Assembly: GCA_026134085.1 (NCBI GenBank)
Contig: JAOQIN010000015.1
Location: forward strand, 1 to 38,708
Reading direction: 5' to 3'
Source: Candidatus Methanoxibalbensis ujae
GTDB taxonomy: Archaea; Halobacteriota; Syntropharchaeia; Alkanophagales; Methanospirareceae
DNA length: 38,708 nt
Shown one piece after another: positions 38,524 through 38,708 of the stretch. Position 1 is the stretch's first letter, and the number at the start of each line of letters is the position of its first letter. The notes beneath the pieces were generated by a model. That model did not search any database. It had not been told where the DNA came from and was given only the letters and a program-made list of their open reading frames with translations. A program made the translations under genes and the position numbers.

Positions 38524-38708
38524 GTGACCTCCTCCCACCATTAAAATGGAGGGCATCAGACGGATTGGGTTGGGGAGTGTGCGTTGCGCTCCCTTTTGGG
38601 ACACAACAGCCACTGCCATGAGCAATGGCTCGTTTGTTCTCGGCTCCGTTCTCATCTTAATGGTAGTCACAATTCTTGAGATGAGGACTCCCTGAGAATG
38701 CAGTTTTC
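38524..38708 (-). mobile_element. IS200/IS605-type right end/omegaRNA (GGTCAC-ending family), truncated by window end
   Basis: Minus strand: stacked hairpins (CTCATCT..AGATGAG; GCCATTGC..GCAGTGGC; GGGAG..CTCCC), then GATGCCCTCCATTTTAATGGTGGGAGGAGGTCAC. Confidence 0.65.

Overview
Archaeal chromosomal window. EF-1alpha, eS8, aconitase-X/PMDh, DUF39 homocysteine synthase, PEF-CTERM proteins and an archaeal pilin point to a Methanomicrobia/Halobacteriota-type genome; ANME-1/alkanotroph-like is only a guess. Most of it is housekeeping: PMM/PGM, TldD, MtaB, ArgG, Tuf, RpsJ, Rps8e, SAMP, LeuA-like, Fe-ADH, AcnX, tRNA-Phe and a standalone 5S rRNA. Two accessory layers stand out. (1) A ~5.1 kb AT-rich island lies between two identical full-length tRNA-Arg(TCT) genes. 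It holds a decayed integron-like system: a co-oriented IntI-like tyrosine recombinase remnant ending in SPLD, three 15-bp direct repeats at exact 36-bp spacing (attI-like), and three gene cassettes closed by non-canonical attC-like hairpins (TAAC-1 nt-arm...arm-5 nt-GTT). An intact paralogue of one cassette gene, with the same 13-bp cassette-end motif, sits beside tRNA-Phe. (2) At least six IS200/IS605 (TnpB) end/omegaRNA modules are scattered through the window. One is a 223-bp protein-free element with its own TATA box and a pseudoknotted RNA, inserted precisely after TTTAT in an AIM24-family gene. All calls come from reading the sequence; no searches were run.
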